Assembly (NCBI GenBank): GCA_965262725.1
Contig: OZ253555.1
Location: forward strand, 992,001-1,056,000
From: Dehalococcoidia bacterium
GTDB taxonomy: Bacteria; Chloroflexota; Dehalococcoidia; UBA2979
DNA length: 64,000 bases
Direction of reading: 5' to 3'
The notes beneath the pieces are model-generated. The model was not told where the DNA came from. It was given only the letters and a program-made list of their open reading frames with translations, and did not search any database. Positions 49,421 through 59,066 of this stretch are shown one piece after another. The stretch's first letter is position 1, and every line of letters begins with the position of its first letter. A program made the position numbers and the translations under genes.

Positions 49421-50080
49421 AACGCCGGCGACTGCTCCAGCCCGTGATCGAGCGCGTCGATCTGGACATCGAGTCGGAGCTGATCGGCGGAATCGCCCCC
49501 ACGCCAAGGTGATGACGGCGCCTGTAGGGTTGGTGGAGACCGGGGAGGATCTGGCTCCAAGATGTCCAACTGCCGACGCTCGTTCATCCCGTGCCCGCGC
49601 ATTTGTCGGCATACGGACTTGTGTGGCAACTCGGGTGAGACGCGTGCCCGGGCGCACCGGGCCCCTGCTCGCGCGGGGTTTCGCGCCCATGGTCGGCCAA
49701 GAGGCGTGATGTCTGGACCCTTGGCAGAAGTGCGGCGGGGCCCATTCTCAATGGAAACACGGTCAGGCCCGATCGGGTCGCCTCGCACCTTCTTCGCCGA
49801 GTCTGGGTCGCTGGGACTACGGGTCGCGCGACCAAGGGCTTATGAGATCTTGAGAATCGGTGTTGGTTGGTCCCTGGACGTCCCGACGCTGGGGCCAACC
49901 GCCGGGTAGTTCAGCCGGGGCATCGTTTGGGGTGAGCCACATGACGAGCAAGCTGACGCTGTTCGACGACATTGAGCGCTCCGATGAGCGTCGCAAGCGC
50001 CTGACGCAGTCCAGTTTCCTCGGTGAGTTGCTGGACCTCCCGGAGGACTGGCCCGGCGAGCGGAGCCGCCCCACGTTCGA

Positions 50081-50270
50081 CTAACCCCTCTTCCGCCCCA
50101 GATTGAGCGCCAGCAGCCGCCCCAGCAGTTCCTCCTCCGACAGCGTGTGCGGTGCGGCGGACTCCGGCCAGCCGTAGGCGGCGAAGACGGCCGCGTCGAG
50201 GGCGGCGTGGAGGTGGGAGAGCCAAGCCGGGCGGGCGTTGTAGAGGTTGGTGAGCGTTGTGTATCTCGCC
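50081..50270 (-). pseudogene. C-terminal remnant of an MmeI-like (type IIL/IIG) RM enzyme
   Basis: TLTNLYNARPAWLSHLHAALDAAVFAAYGW...EELLGRLLALN. Confidence 0.75.
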
Positions 50271-50507
50271 TGCGGCATGCTGTTGACCATCGCCCGCGAT
50301 GGCCGCAGGAGACGCCGACCGTCCGATTCTTCGACTCCGCCCACGCCGATCCCGGTGCCGGCCCTAACGAGTACGTCGTCATCACGCAGTTCCGGAGGAG
50401 CGTGGCGGCGTGGTCTGGCACACGGAGGGCGCAGGCAAAGTCGCCGACGATGCTCTGGCTTGCGACGTAGCTGCGCCGCTCCCCGGCGCTGAGGCAACAC
50501 GATGCTA

Positions 50508-50546
50508 TGACCATTACGGTCACATGGGCAATCAATGTGCTATTAT
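50508..50546 (+). promoter_or_regulatory. Operator-like palindrome TGACC-N5-GGTCA plus extended -10 (TGcTATTAT); probable leaderless promoter
   Basis: Palindrome at 50508-50522; -10 at 50541-50546; ATG at 50553 with no SD sequence. Confidence 0.55.
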
Positions 50547-50552
50547 GGTCCC

Positions 50553-53500
50553 ATGCAAGAGTCTCCGCGGCGTCTAGCGCCTGAGGAAATCCGCGCGATC
50601 CGAGATCGTCTCGGACTCACGCAGGCGGAGGCTGGCGAACTGATCGGTGGAGGCCCGCGCGCGTTCACCAAATACGAGGCTGGGACGATCACTCCGACAG
50701 CCTCCGTGGATACGCTACTGCGCCTCTTGGACGCGAACCCCGCGACGATCCGGTTGCTGAGCTCTGGCAGAGCTCTTCCGCAAGCAGTCGTCATGCGTTT
50801 CCCGTTCGAAGCGGGAGCTTCAGATGTCGCCACACTGAACGAGCGGGAGTTGCCTGCTCTCCTGAGGCGCCTCCTCAGGGCAGAGGCAGTAGCTCACGGG
50901 GTCTCTCCCGCCGGAATCCACGTGGCCGAGAACATTCATGCCCCGGACGGGGGCGAGGACGGCCGCATTGACTGGCAGGGAGCGCCGGAGCGAACCAAGT
51001 TCCTTCCCGGCCGATTCGTCCAGTTCCAAGCCAAGGCCGGACCGATGTCACCGAGTGCCGCGGTTCAGGATGTCTTGGCGGCCAACGGCGACATAAGGGA
51101 CGCACTGCGGGCCGGACTCGCTCGGGGTGGGTACTACATCATGTTTTGCGGGCACCCCTACAACCGAAAGCAGATTCGGGAGCGAGAGGATCGGCTTCGG
51201 GCCACAGTGCGGAACGCCGGCGTGGCAATCGCCGCCGAGCAGGTCCGATTCTGGGATGCGGGCCAAATCGCTGAGTGGGCCACCTCCTACCCGTCGGTTG
51301 TTGTCTGGATCAAGGAGCGCACGTCTCCCGGCACCATCGGTCCTTTCCGGTCGTGGAGCCACTGGGCCACACGGAGCGAGCACGACCAGTCACTCTGGCT
51401 TGACGACGGCCGCTTGCCTGCTCTTAAGGGTCGACTACTTGAGTGCGTGACCAAGCAGCGGAGCGCCCTGCGCCTGGTGGGGCTTCCTGGTGTCGGCAAG
51501 TCGCGTCTCGTCCTCGAAGCACTCGGTCGAGAGATCGGGGCGGGTGACCACTCGCTCAGCGACTTTGTGCTCTACGCTGTCGAGTCCGAGGTCGGTTGGG
51601 AGACCGTCAGCAGGACCGTCCAGACGCTCGTTGACGACGGGCAGCGTGCGATCCTGGTCGTCGACGATTGCGAACCCCAGTCGCATGAGGTCCTCGTTCG
51701 AATGATCGTGCGAAAGGGCAGCCGCCTCTCTCTGGTCACGATCGATGATGAGATTCCCCGCGGAACGCTGGATCGGAGCACGTTCCTGGTGCCCGAGGCG
51801 CCGCCGGTCGTCACCGAGGGCATCATAGGTCAGCTCCTGCCTGGGCTGCCCTTCGAGGACGGGCAACGGCTGGCTCGCTTCTCTCGGGGCTTTCCGGGAC
51901 TCGCGATCCGCGTCGGGCACGTGTGGCTGGAATCTCGCCCCCTGGCCGATGCCGCCGACGAAGCTCTCGTCGGCGCCTTCGTGCTGGGTCGCAACAGGAG
52001 AGACAGCAAGTCTCTACTGAAGTCTGCGCAGCTGTTGGCCTCGTTCGGCCTAGTCGGAGTGAGAGATCGGCGGGAGCTGGAAGAACTCGCGGCGCTAGTG
52101 GGTAGCCTCAGCGCCGATGACTTCCATGCGGACTGCGCCACGCTCGCGGACCGCGGCGTCGCGAAGCGCCGGGGGGCAAGGGTCGCTCTGCAGTCGGGAC
52201 CGATCGCCTTCAAGTTGGCAGAGAGCCAGTGGCGAGAGTGGCCGCGGGACACGTGGGACTTGGTTCTCGCCGGCAGAATCGGTCCTGATCTGAAAAGGCA
52301 GGCTGCACGTCGACTTGCGGAACTCAACACCACGGATATCGCTGTGACGGTCGCCGAGCATGTCTGCAGGGTAGGCGGCCCTCTTGATGGGTTCCAGAAG
52401 GCGAGCGCGGAGGGCCACGGGGATGTCCTGTCGAGCCTCGCCGAGATCAGCCCGGAGATGGTCGGAGAGAGAATCGAGAGCGTCCTGGATGACGCCGCAG
52501 ATCTGGGCACGGTCGACGGCGACCTGCGCCGAGGCCTCGTACTGGCGCTCGAGAGGATCGCCTTTCACGCGAGGACCTTCGAGACCGGAGCGCTGCTCCT
52601 GCTACGTCTGGCAGTAGCTGAGACCGAGCCTTGGAGCAACAACGCGACGGGTCGATTCACCGAGCTCTTCCCCGTCCTGGAGGGCGGCACCGAGGCCGGC
52701 GGCAGCGCCAGGATCGCAGTTCTGGATGGATTGGCAGCCAGCAGCGACCCCACTCAACGTGCCATCGTCGTCGCGGCTCTCGCTGCCGGTTCAGAGACCG
52801 TCACCTTCCAGCGCACGCTCGGAGCCGAGTCCCACGGGACCCGGCCTGCCTTGGAGCCATGGTTTCCGCCCACGCGGAGGGATGCAACGGACTACATACG
52901 AGATTGTGTGACGCGTCTCGGGCATCTCGCTCAGTCGGATGACCCGGCGGGCGAGGCTGCGAGAGCTGCGCTCAGCAAAGGCCTCGGGGCATGGGTGCAG
53001 GAGGGCTTGCTCGATGTCGTGGAGAGTGTCGTTGGGCGAGTAGCTCCCGAGGTGGGCTATTGGCCTGCGGCAGCCGCGAGCCTGGGAGACTTGCTCACGG
53101 ATGGCATGGACGGCCTCGACCCGGACGCGCTCAACCGTATCGAGGCGCTGATCGGAACTCTCCAGCCGAGGACCATGGAAGCGCTCATCCGTGCTCGAAT
53201 CTCCACGGTTGCCCGCGACCCTCGGGAGGGCGAGGACATCGAGGCACAACACCAGCGCGCAGCTGGAGACGTTCGGGATCTGGCTAAAGAACTGATCGAC
53301 CAGCCGGCTCTGCTTGAGTCATACCTTCCTCGACTGAGCCGCGGTCACCACCAGATGGCGCGTGTATTCGGAGAGGCTGTCGCCGATCTCAGTCGCGGAT
53401 CCCCCGACTGGCTCCAGCGGTTCGAGGTGGCGGTCGCAGGGGTACCTGCGGGCGAGCGCAGCTTCGATCTCCTGTCAGGGTACGTCGGTTGGCTGCGCAC

Positions 53501-54554
53501 ACACCGTCCGGCCGTAGCCGACGCGTTCCAGCGGCGAGTGGCCGAGTCACGGGAGCTGGCGATCGCTCTTCCGGAGTTGTGCCTCTCTCCGGGGATCGCC
53601 ACGTCCGACATCCCGGTGGTGATCGCTGCCCTGGAATCCGGGCTGTTCCCGCCTTCGGGGCTGCGCTGTTGGGGCTTCGGCGGCGTGCTGCAGAAGCTGC
53701 CACCGGCAGCTGTCGCGCCCCTGTTTGACGCACTCCTCGACCAAGATGCCGAGGGGCTCGCCGTGGCCGCGGAGCTCATGGGGATGTACGCGTTCGGTCA
53801 GGTCGACGCACTCGACGCGCTGCGGCCTCAGGTCGTGAGGCTCGCCCGGAACGTCGGCGGCTGGCGCCGAGAGCCAAGTGAGCGGTCCGACTCTTACCAT
53901 CTCGAGCAGGTCATGGAGTGGATTCTCGCCAAGGGGAGGGCGGATCCGGATGCCACCGCCTCGGCCCTCGCCCTCGCGCGGGGACTGGTCACAGGGACGT
54001 TCGATGGCGCCCAGAGGGTTCGGCCCCTGATTCGAACGCTGTTGTCGGGATTCCCTGAGGTCGTTTGGCCACTCATCGGTCAGGCGATCGTGTCCGATCC
54101 GCAGGCAGCGCGGCGCGCGGAGCTGTGCCTCGGGGACTCGCCATCGTTCCGTCGAGGGCAACCCCCCATCCTCGATCTACCCGAGGACAGCCTGTTCGCG
54201 TGGTGTCACGCCCACCCGGACGCCGCTCCGGCGTGCGCGGCCAGGATCATCCCGGTACTGGACCCATTGGAACCCGTCCCCGACGAGCGCTCGTTACATC
54301 CGGTCATGGCGCGGTTGCTCGACGAGTTCGGAGACCGGGATGACGTGTTACGAGCAATTGAACTCAACGTCTACAACTTCGGTTGGTGGGGGTCGGTGAC
54401 AACCTATTTCCAGCAGTACGATCGTCCACTAGACACGTTGACGGAGCACCCGCGGCCTGAGGTGCGACGGTGGGCGAGATCAATGCTCAGGCAGCTCCAT
54501 GCCTCCATCGAGCAGGCCGGTGAGGAGGAAGAGGAGGCGCGATGGGACGTCTAG
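50553..54554 (+). CDS. MqsA/XRE-type HTH + PD-(D/E)xK-like nuclease + STAND-like NTPase + helical repeats; putative defence protein
   Basis: IRDRLGLTQAEAGELIGGGPRAFTKYE; DGGEDG...FQAK; Walker A GLPGVGKS (51480); Walker B ILVVDD (51651). Confidence 0.8.
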   Translation: MQESPRRLAPEEIRAIRDRLGLTQAEAGELIGGGPRAFTKYEAGTITPTASVDTLLRLLDANPATIRLLSSGRALPQAVVMRFPFEAGASDVATLNERELPALLRRLLRAEAVAHGVSPAGIHVAENIHAPDGGEDGRIDWQGAPERTKFLPGRFVQFQAKAGPMSPSAAVQDVLAANGDIRDALRAGLARGGYYIMFCGHPYNRKQIREREDRLRATVRNAGVAIAAEQVRFWDAGQIAEWATSYPSVVVWIKERTSPGTIGPFRSWSHWATRSEHDQSLWLDDGRLPALKGRLLECVTKQRSALRLVGLPGVGKSRLVLEALGREIGAGDHSLSDFVLYAVESEVGWETVSRTVQTLVDDGQRAILVVDDCEPQSHEVLVRMIVRKGSRLSLVTIDDEIPRGTLDRSTFLVPEAPPVVTEGIIGQLLPGLPFEDGQRLARFSRGFPGLAIRVGHVWLESRPLADAADEALVGAFVLGRNRRDSKSLLKSAQLLASFGLVGVRDRRELEELAALVGSLSADDFHADCATLADRGVAKRRGARVALQSGPIAFKLAESQWREWPRDTWDLVLAGRIGPDLKRQAARRLAELNTTDIAVTVAEHVCRVGGPLDGFQKASAEGHGDVLSSLAEISPEMVGERIESVLDDAADLGTVDGDLRRGLVLALERIAFHARTFETGALLLLRLAVAETEPWSNNATGRFTELFPVLEGGTEAGGSARIAVLDGLAASSDPTQRAIVVAALAAGSETVTFQRTLGAESHGTRPALEPWFPPTRRDATDYIRDCVTRLGHLAQSDDPAGEAARAALSKGLGAWVQEGLLDVVESVVGRVAPEVGYWPAAAASLGDLLTDGMDGLDPDALNRIEALIGTLQPRTMEALIRARISTVARDPREGEDIEAQHQRAAGDVRDLAKELIDQPALLESYLPRLSRGHHQMARVFGEAVADLSRGSPDWLQRFEVAVAGVPAGERSFDLLSGYVGWLRTHRPAVADAFQRRVAESRELAIALPELCLSPGIATSDIPVVIAALESGLFPPSGLRCWGFGGVLQKLPPAAVAPLFDALLDQDAEGLAVAAELMGMYAFGQVDALDALRPQVVRLARNVGGWRREPSERSDSYHLEQVMEWILAKGRADPDATASALALARGLVTGTFDGAQRVRPLIRTLLSGFPEVVWPLIGQAIVSDPQAARRAELCLGDSPSFRRGQPPILDLPEDSLFAWCHAHPDAAPACAARIIPVLDPLEPVPDERSLHPVMARLLDEFGDRDDVLRAIELNVYNFGWWGSVTTYFQQYDRPLDTLTEHPRPEVRRWARSMLRQLHASIEQAGEEEEEARWDV

Positions 54555-54606
54555 CGCGCTCTAGGCCTACTCGATGAACAGGGTCTTGGTGTTCCCCCAC
54601 CCTCGT

Positions 54607-55200
54607 TCACTGCTTCGGGGCGTGGAGTCCGCGCGTGAGGGCGTCGACGCAGGCGAGCAGCGACCCCCCGTCGAGTTGTGCGAGCGGGCGCCCGTAGCGC
54701 TGCTCGACCCACCTATGGGTACGCGCCTCGTCCGATCCCGCGCTCGCAACGACCCCGAGCACGCGGCGCCGGAGCTCGTCCGGCCGCGCGCTGGCCCCGA
54801 ACGGGGCCGCATCGGTGGGCTCACTCCCGAGCCCGTTCCCGAAGCGCGCCCCGAAGTGCCGGAGCGCGCGCTTGAGCGCGTCGGTGGCGGCGGCCTTGAT
54901 GGCCACCGCGTGCGCCTCGGCGGTGTGGTCCGAGGCGACGGCGGTGCCGATGTCGCTGTGTGGCAGGCAGCCCCGGGCGGTGACCCGGACGGGGTCGCCG
55001 TGTAGATGGCGGCCGATAAGTCCGCCGCTCCCCCCGCTTCCGGCGTGAGGCGGCGGGTGACCTCCCCGACGAGCTCGGCGCCCCAGCGGTCGGCCCCGAA
55101 TGTCGCGTTCGCCTCCTCTATGGCCCGCCACCCCTCGAGGTAGCGGAGCACCTCGCCGTCCCCGGTGGTGCGCTCGCCGCTTCACGACCGCCTGCGTCTC
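54607..55200 (-). pseudogene. Rad52/Rad22 (Sak-like) single-strand annealing protein, frameshifted and 5'-truncated
   Basis: YLEGWRAIEEANATFG..W in one frame; VRVT...AIKAAATDALKRALRHFG..FGNGL in another; shift near 54990. Confidence 0.78.
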
Positions 55201-55394
55201 GCCGCGCTCGAGCGTCGCGGTCACGCGAGCGTGGCGTTCACGCTCGACACCTACGCGCACGTCCTGCCTGGGAATGATGCTCTGAATTGGCCCCACCTGG
55301 AGCCGTTTTGATCCTTTGAATTGGCCCCACCCCCGACCCATCCAGGACCTACGCTCGGGTGACTGCATGACTCCCGGAGCGAGGGAAGAGGAGT

Positions 55395-57029
55395 GTGTCG
55401 AGAGTGGAGCTGTTCGAGTCTATCCGACGGATGGCGAGGGAGGAGGAGCTGTCGATCCATGAGCTGGGACGCCGGCATGGCGTGCACCGGCGCACGGTGC
55501 GGCAGGCTCTTGGGTCGGCGATACCCCCGGAACGCAAGCAGGCGACCCGCGTGGCCCCGAAGCTCGGGCCGTACGTCTCGGTCATCCGGGGCTGGCTCGT
55601 GGACGACCTCAGCGCGCCGCGCAAGCAGCGGCACACGGCCCGGCGCATCTGGGAGCGCCTCGTCGACGAACACGGGGCGACGGTGGCCGAGCCCACGGTC
55701 CGCGCCTGCGTCGCGCGCCTGCGTCGCGAGATCCAGGGCGGGCGCGCGGTTGTGACGATCCCGCAGGTCCATCCTCCCGGCGAGGAGGCGGAGGTCGACT
55801 TCGGCACGGTGACGGTGTGGCTGGAGGGCGTCGAGACCCGGCTGGCGATGTTCGTGATGCGGCTCTCGCATTCGGGGCGGGCGGCGCACGTCTGCTTCGT
55901 CGGCGAGGGCCAGGAGTCTCTGCTCGAGGGGCACGTGGTCGCCTTCGAGCGGCTCGGCGGAGTGCCGCGGCGCATCCGCTACGACAATCTGACGGCGGCC
56001 GTCACCACCGTGCTGCAGGGACGCGAGCGCCTGCAGACCGAGCGCTTCATCGCGCTCCGCTCGCATTACGGCTTCGACAGCTTCTTCTGTGAGCCCGGCA
56101 TCGAGGGCGCGCACGAGAAGGGCGGTGTGGAGGGCGAGGTCGGCCGCTTCCGCCGGCGGCACTTCGTGCCGGTCCCGAAGGTGGCGACCCTCGGCGAGCT
56201 GAACGAACGAGTGCGGGAGGCGGACCGCACCGACGACGCCCGGCACATCGAGAGCCGCCTCGCCACCGTCGGCGAGATGGGAGAGAACGAGAAGGCCTCG
56301 CTGCGTCCGCTTCCGGCGGAGCGCTTCGACCCGTCAATCCCGCTGCGCGCGAAGGTCGACCGCAAGGCGCGCATCGCCGTGCGTAGCTCCCGCTACTCGG
56401 TCCCGGCGGCCTATGCAGGCCGGAAGCTGGACGTGCGGCTGTCCGGGAACAGCCTGACCGTGTGGGCCGAGGGGCGTGAAGTCGCCCACCACGAGCGCAG
56501 CGCCCGCACCGGAGCAGAGGTCCTGCTGCTCGACCACTATCTGGAGGTGCTCGCGCGCAAGCCCGGGGCGGTCCCGGGCTCGGTGGCGCTCCAGCAGGCG
56601 CGTGCGAAGGGACACGTCACAGCCGAGCATCAGCGCTTCTGGGACCGCGCCCGCCGCAAGCTCGGCGACCGCGCGGGCACGCAGGCGTACATCGAGGTCC
56701 TGCTCCTGCATCGCCATCTTCCCTTCACGGCGGTGCACGCCGCGCTCGGGACGGTCAACAGGATCCAGTCGGTGAACCCCGAACTGGTCGCCATCGAGGC
56801 GCGCCGTCTCGCCGACCGCAGGCCACCAGACGCCGCCGTCGAGAGACCGCACCTGGAGCGCTACGACCGACCTGCCCCGCTCCTCGATGGCTACGATGCG
56901 CTGCTCTCGGGTGATTCCCGATGGCCCGGCACGTCGCCGGGCGGGCGCTCCCGCGCTCCGCGGTCTGCCGAGAACGCGTCGCACACCACCACAACCGCCG
57001 TCACCGCTGCGGTGTCGACGGCACGCTGA
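55395..57029 (+). CDS. istA: IS21 transposase
   Basis: HTH, EAEVDFG, YDN, EKGGVE (DDE triad). Confidence 0.93.
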   Translation: MSRVELFESIRRMAREEELSIHELGRRHGVHRRTVRQALGSAIPPERKQATRVAPKLGPYVSVIRGWLVDDLSAPRKQRHTARRIWERLVDEHGATVAEPTVRACVARLRREIQGGRAVVTIPQVHPPGEEAEVDFGTVTVWLEGVETRLAMFVMRLSHSGRAAHVCFVGEGQESLLEGHVVAFERLGGVPRRIRYDNLTAAVTTVLQGRERLQTERFIALRSHYGFDSFFCEPGIEGAHEKGGVEGEVGRFRRRHFVPVPKVATLGELNERVREADRTDDARHIESRLATVGEMGENEKASLRPLPAERFDPSIPLRAKVDRKARIAVRSSRYSVPAAYAGRKLDVRLSGNSLTVWAEGREVAHHERSARTGAEVLLLDHYLEVLARKPGAVPGSVALQQARAKGHVTAEHQRFWDRARRKLGDRAGTQAYIEVLLLHRHLPFTAVHAALGTVNRIQSVNPELVAIEARRLADRRPPDAAVERPHLERYDRPAPLLDGYDALLSGDSRWPGTSPGGRSRAPRSAENASHTTTTAVTAAVSTAR

Positions 57030-57045
57030 CCACAGGAGGCACCCG

Positions 57046-57828
57046 ATGACAGCACCCCTCACCGACCAGGCCGCGGAGCTGACGATCGAGGCGATCTGCC
57101 GTGAGCTCCGTCTCCCCACCGTCAGGAAGCAGGCGCTCCCGCTCGCCGAAGCCGCGGTCCGAGACCGGATCACCCATCTGGGCTATCTCGCCGAAGTGCT
57201 GGGAGCCGAACGCGATGACCGTGAGGAGCGGCGCCGTCAGCGCCGTATCGTCGAGGCGCGGTTCCCGCGTTTCAAGTACCTCGCCGACTTCGACCTCGAG
57301 GCGGCGCCGACAGTCGACGCGCCGGCGCTCGCCACGCTGGAGCGCTGCGACTGGGTCGAAAGGGGCGAGCCCGTCGTCCTGCTCGGTGACAGCGGCACCG
57401 GGAAGTCACACCTGCTCATCGGCCTCGGCATGGCCGCCTGCCACCTGGGGCTGCGCGTGCGGTACATGACCACGGCCGCCCTGGTGAATGAACTGGCCGA
57501 AGCGTCGGATGATCGCGCGCTCTCACGCCTCGTCGCCCGCTACGGCCGCCTCGACCTGCTCTGCCTGGATGAGTTCGGGTACGTCCACCTCGACCCGCGC
57601 GGTGCCGAAATGCTGTTCCAGATCCTGACCGAGCGCGAGGAACGGGCATCGGTCGCCGTCGCCTCCAACTCCCCGTTCTCCGAGTGGGGCCGCATCTTCA
57701 CCGACCCTCGTCTCGCCGCGGCCGTCGTTGACCGCCTCACCTACCGTGCCCATATCATCGAGACCGGCACCGGGTCCTACCGGCTCCGGGCCTCGACCTC
57801 CCCGAGAGGAGGTGCCCCAACGACCTGA
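57046..57828 (+). CDS. istB: IS21 helper ATPase
   Basis: GDSGTGKSH, LLCLDEFGY, AVVDRL. Confidence 0.94.
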   Translation: MTAPLTDQAAELTIEAICRELRLPTVRKQALPLAEAAVRDRITHLGYLAEVLGAERDDREERRRQRRIVEARFPRFKYLADFDLEAAPTVDAPALATLERCDWVERGEPVVLLGDSGTGKSHLLIGLGMAACHLGLRVRYMTTAALVNELAEASDDRALSRLVARYGRLDLLCLDEFGYVHLDPRGAEMLFQILTEREERASVAVASNSPFSEWGRIFTDPRLAAAVVDRLTYRAHIIETGTGSYRLRASTSPRGGAPTT

Positions 57829-58208
57829 TCCCGGTCCCCGGGGGTGGGGCCAGATCAGAGGATCAAAGTGGGGCCAGATGTAAGCATCATTCCCACCTGC
57901 CCGATCAGCAGCGCGAGGCTGCGGATCTGATGGACTCGGTGTTGCCCCAGGTGGGTCGGCTCGCGCAGTAGTGACTCGTCGTCCGGGTGACGAACTTGGC
58001 TTGCGACGAGTGGTCATGGCGGGCTGGGTGTACAAGACGCGTGGCTCCGGAGAGATCGGCTACTGAGACTATGGATGGCCCTGAGACGAGATAGGGAACG
58101 CCACTACTGATTCACAGCGAGGATTCCTGCCCGACGCTCTGCTGCGCCACGATAAGCTCCGCAACGTGACCACCGGGGCAGCAGCGGCGCGCGACGAGGG
58201 GACTCACC

Positions 58209-59012
58209 ATGGCGATCTGGGAGCTGATCGTGGATGCGCTCAAGGGCGCGTACGACGAGGGCCGGACCTGGCTCGGAAGCGGTGAGATAGCGCACGCCGT
58301 GGAGGCGATCGCGCCCGGCACAAACCTCGGGAGCGTTCGCCACAACGTGAGATTTCATTGCATCAACGACCCGAGCAAGGAGCACTCCCCTGGCCTGCGC
58401 TACCTGAAGACCCCGCTCCTCATCACCGATGACCCGACGATGCACGGGAAGCGCTACCGACTGCTCACGGAAGCGGAGCGACGCACGTTCCTGGACCAGC
58501 CACGGGATGACCTCGAGCAGTACAGCTATACCCAGGTCCTGGAGTGGCTTCGAGATCCCTCAGCGGGCCTGGCGCCGGTGGGAGGCGGCGGCAACGCCGA
58601 TCCTGAGCCCGGTGACGAGCTCGGGGGCGTAGCCCTACTCGAGCTGCACCTGCAGGACTATCTCTTCCGCAACTGGAAGCAACACTTCCCTCACCTGGAG
58701 CTCTTCGAGGGGGCGCGGGGGCGAGAATTCATCACGTCCGACCCCGGCGTGGGTACGATCGACTTCCTCTGCACGGACCGCGAGGGAAACTTCGTCGTCA
58801 TCGAGACGAAGCGCGATCAGCCGGACCGGCGGGCGATCGGACAGATCCTCGGATACATGGGCTGGGTCCAGACTAGGCTGGCGAAGGGACGGCGGGTGAG
58901 CGGCATGTTGGTAGCGGGCTCGGGTTCGGACTCCCTGCGAATGGCGATCGCCGTCGTACCCAACCTCGAGCTCTGGGTCTACGAGCTGTCGTTCTCGCTT
59001 CATCGTGAATAG
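58209..59012 (+). CDS. Endonuclease with C-terminal NucS/DUF91-like PD-(D/E)xK domain
   Basis: LELHLQDYL..NW, IDFLC, VVIETK, GQILGYMGW. Confidence 0.8.
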   Translation: MAIWELIVDALKGAYDEGRTWLGSGEIAHAVEAIAPGTNLGSVRHNVRFHCINDPSKEHSPGLRYLKTPLLITDDPTMHGKRYRLLTEAERRTFLDQPRDDLEQYSYTQVLEWLRDPSAGLAPVGGGGNADPEPGDELGGVALLELHLQDYLFRNWKQHFPHLELFEGARGREFITSDPGVGTIDFLCTDREGNFVVIETKRDQPDRRAIGQILGYMGWVQTRLAKGRRVSGMLVAGSGSDSLRMAIAVVPNLELWVYELSFSLHRE

Positions 59013-59066
59013 CGCACGGCTCCGGAATCCGGGGCGGCGGGGCATGGTCGGAGAGCGCGGGCTCGC

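Larger units (their letters stand above)
55269..57895 (+). mobile_element. Complete IS21-family element (2627 bp)
   Basis: TIRs tgggaatgatgc...tggccccac with internal repeats; 6-bp target duplication CCTGCC (55263-55268, 57896-57901); istA and istB. Confidence 0.93.
55210..57971 (+). pseudogene. Tyrosine integrase C-terminal remnant split by IS21
   Basis: ERRGHASVAFTLDTYAHVLP (55210-55268) continues as DQQREAADLMDSVL...* after the IS. Confidence 0.75.
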
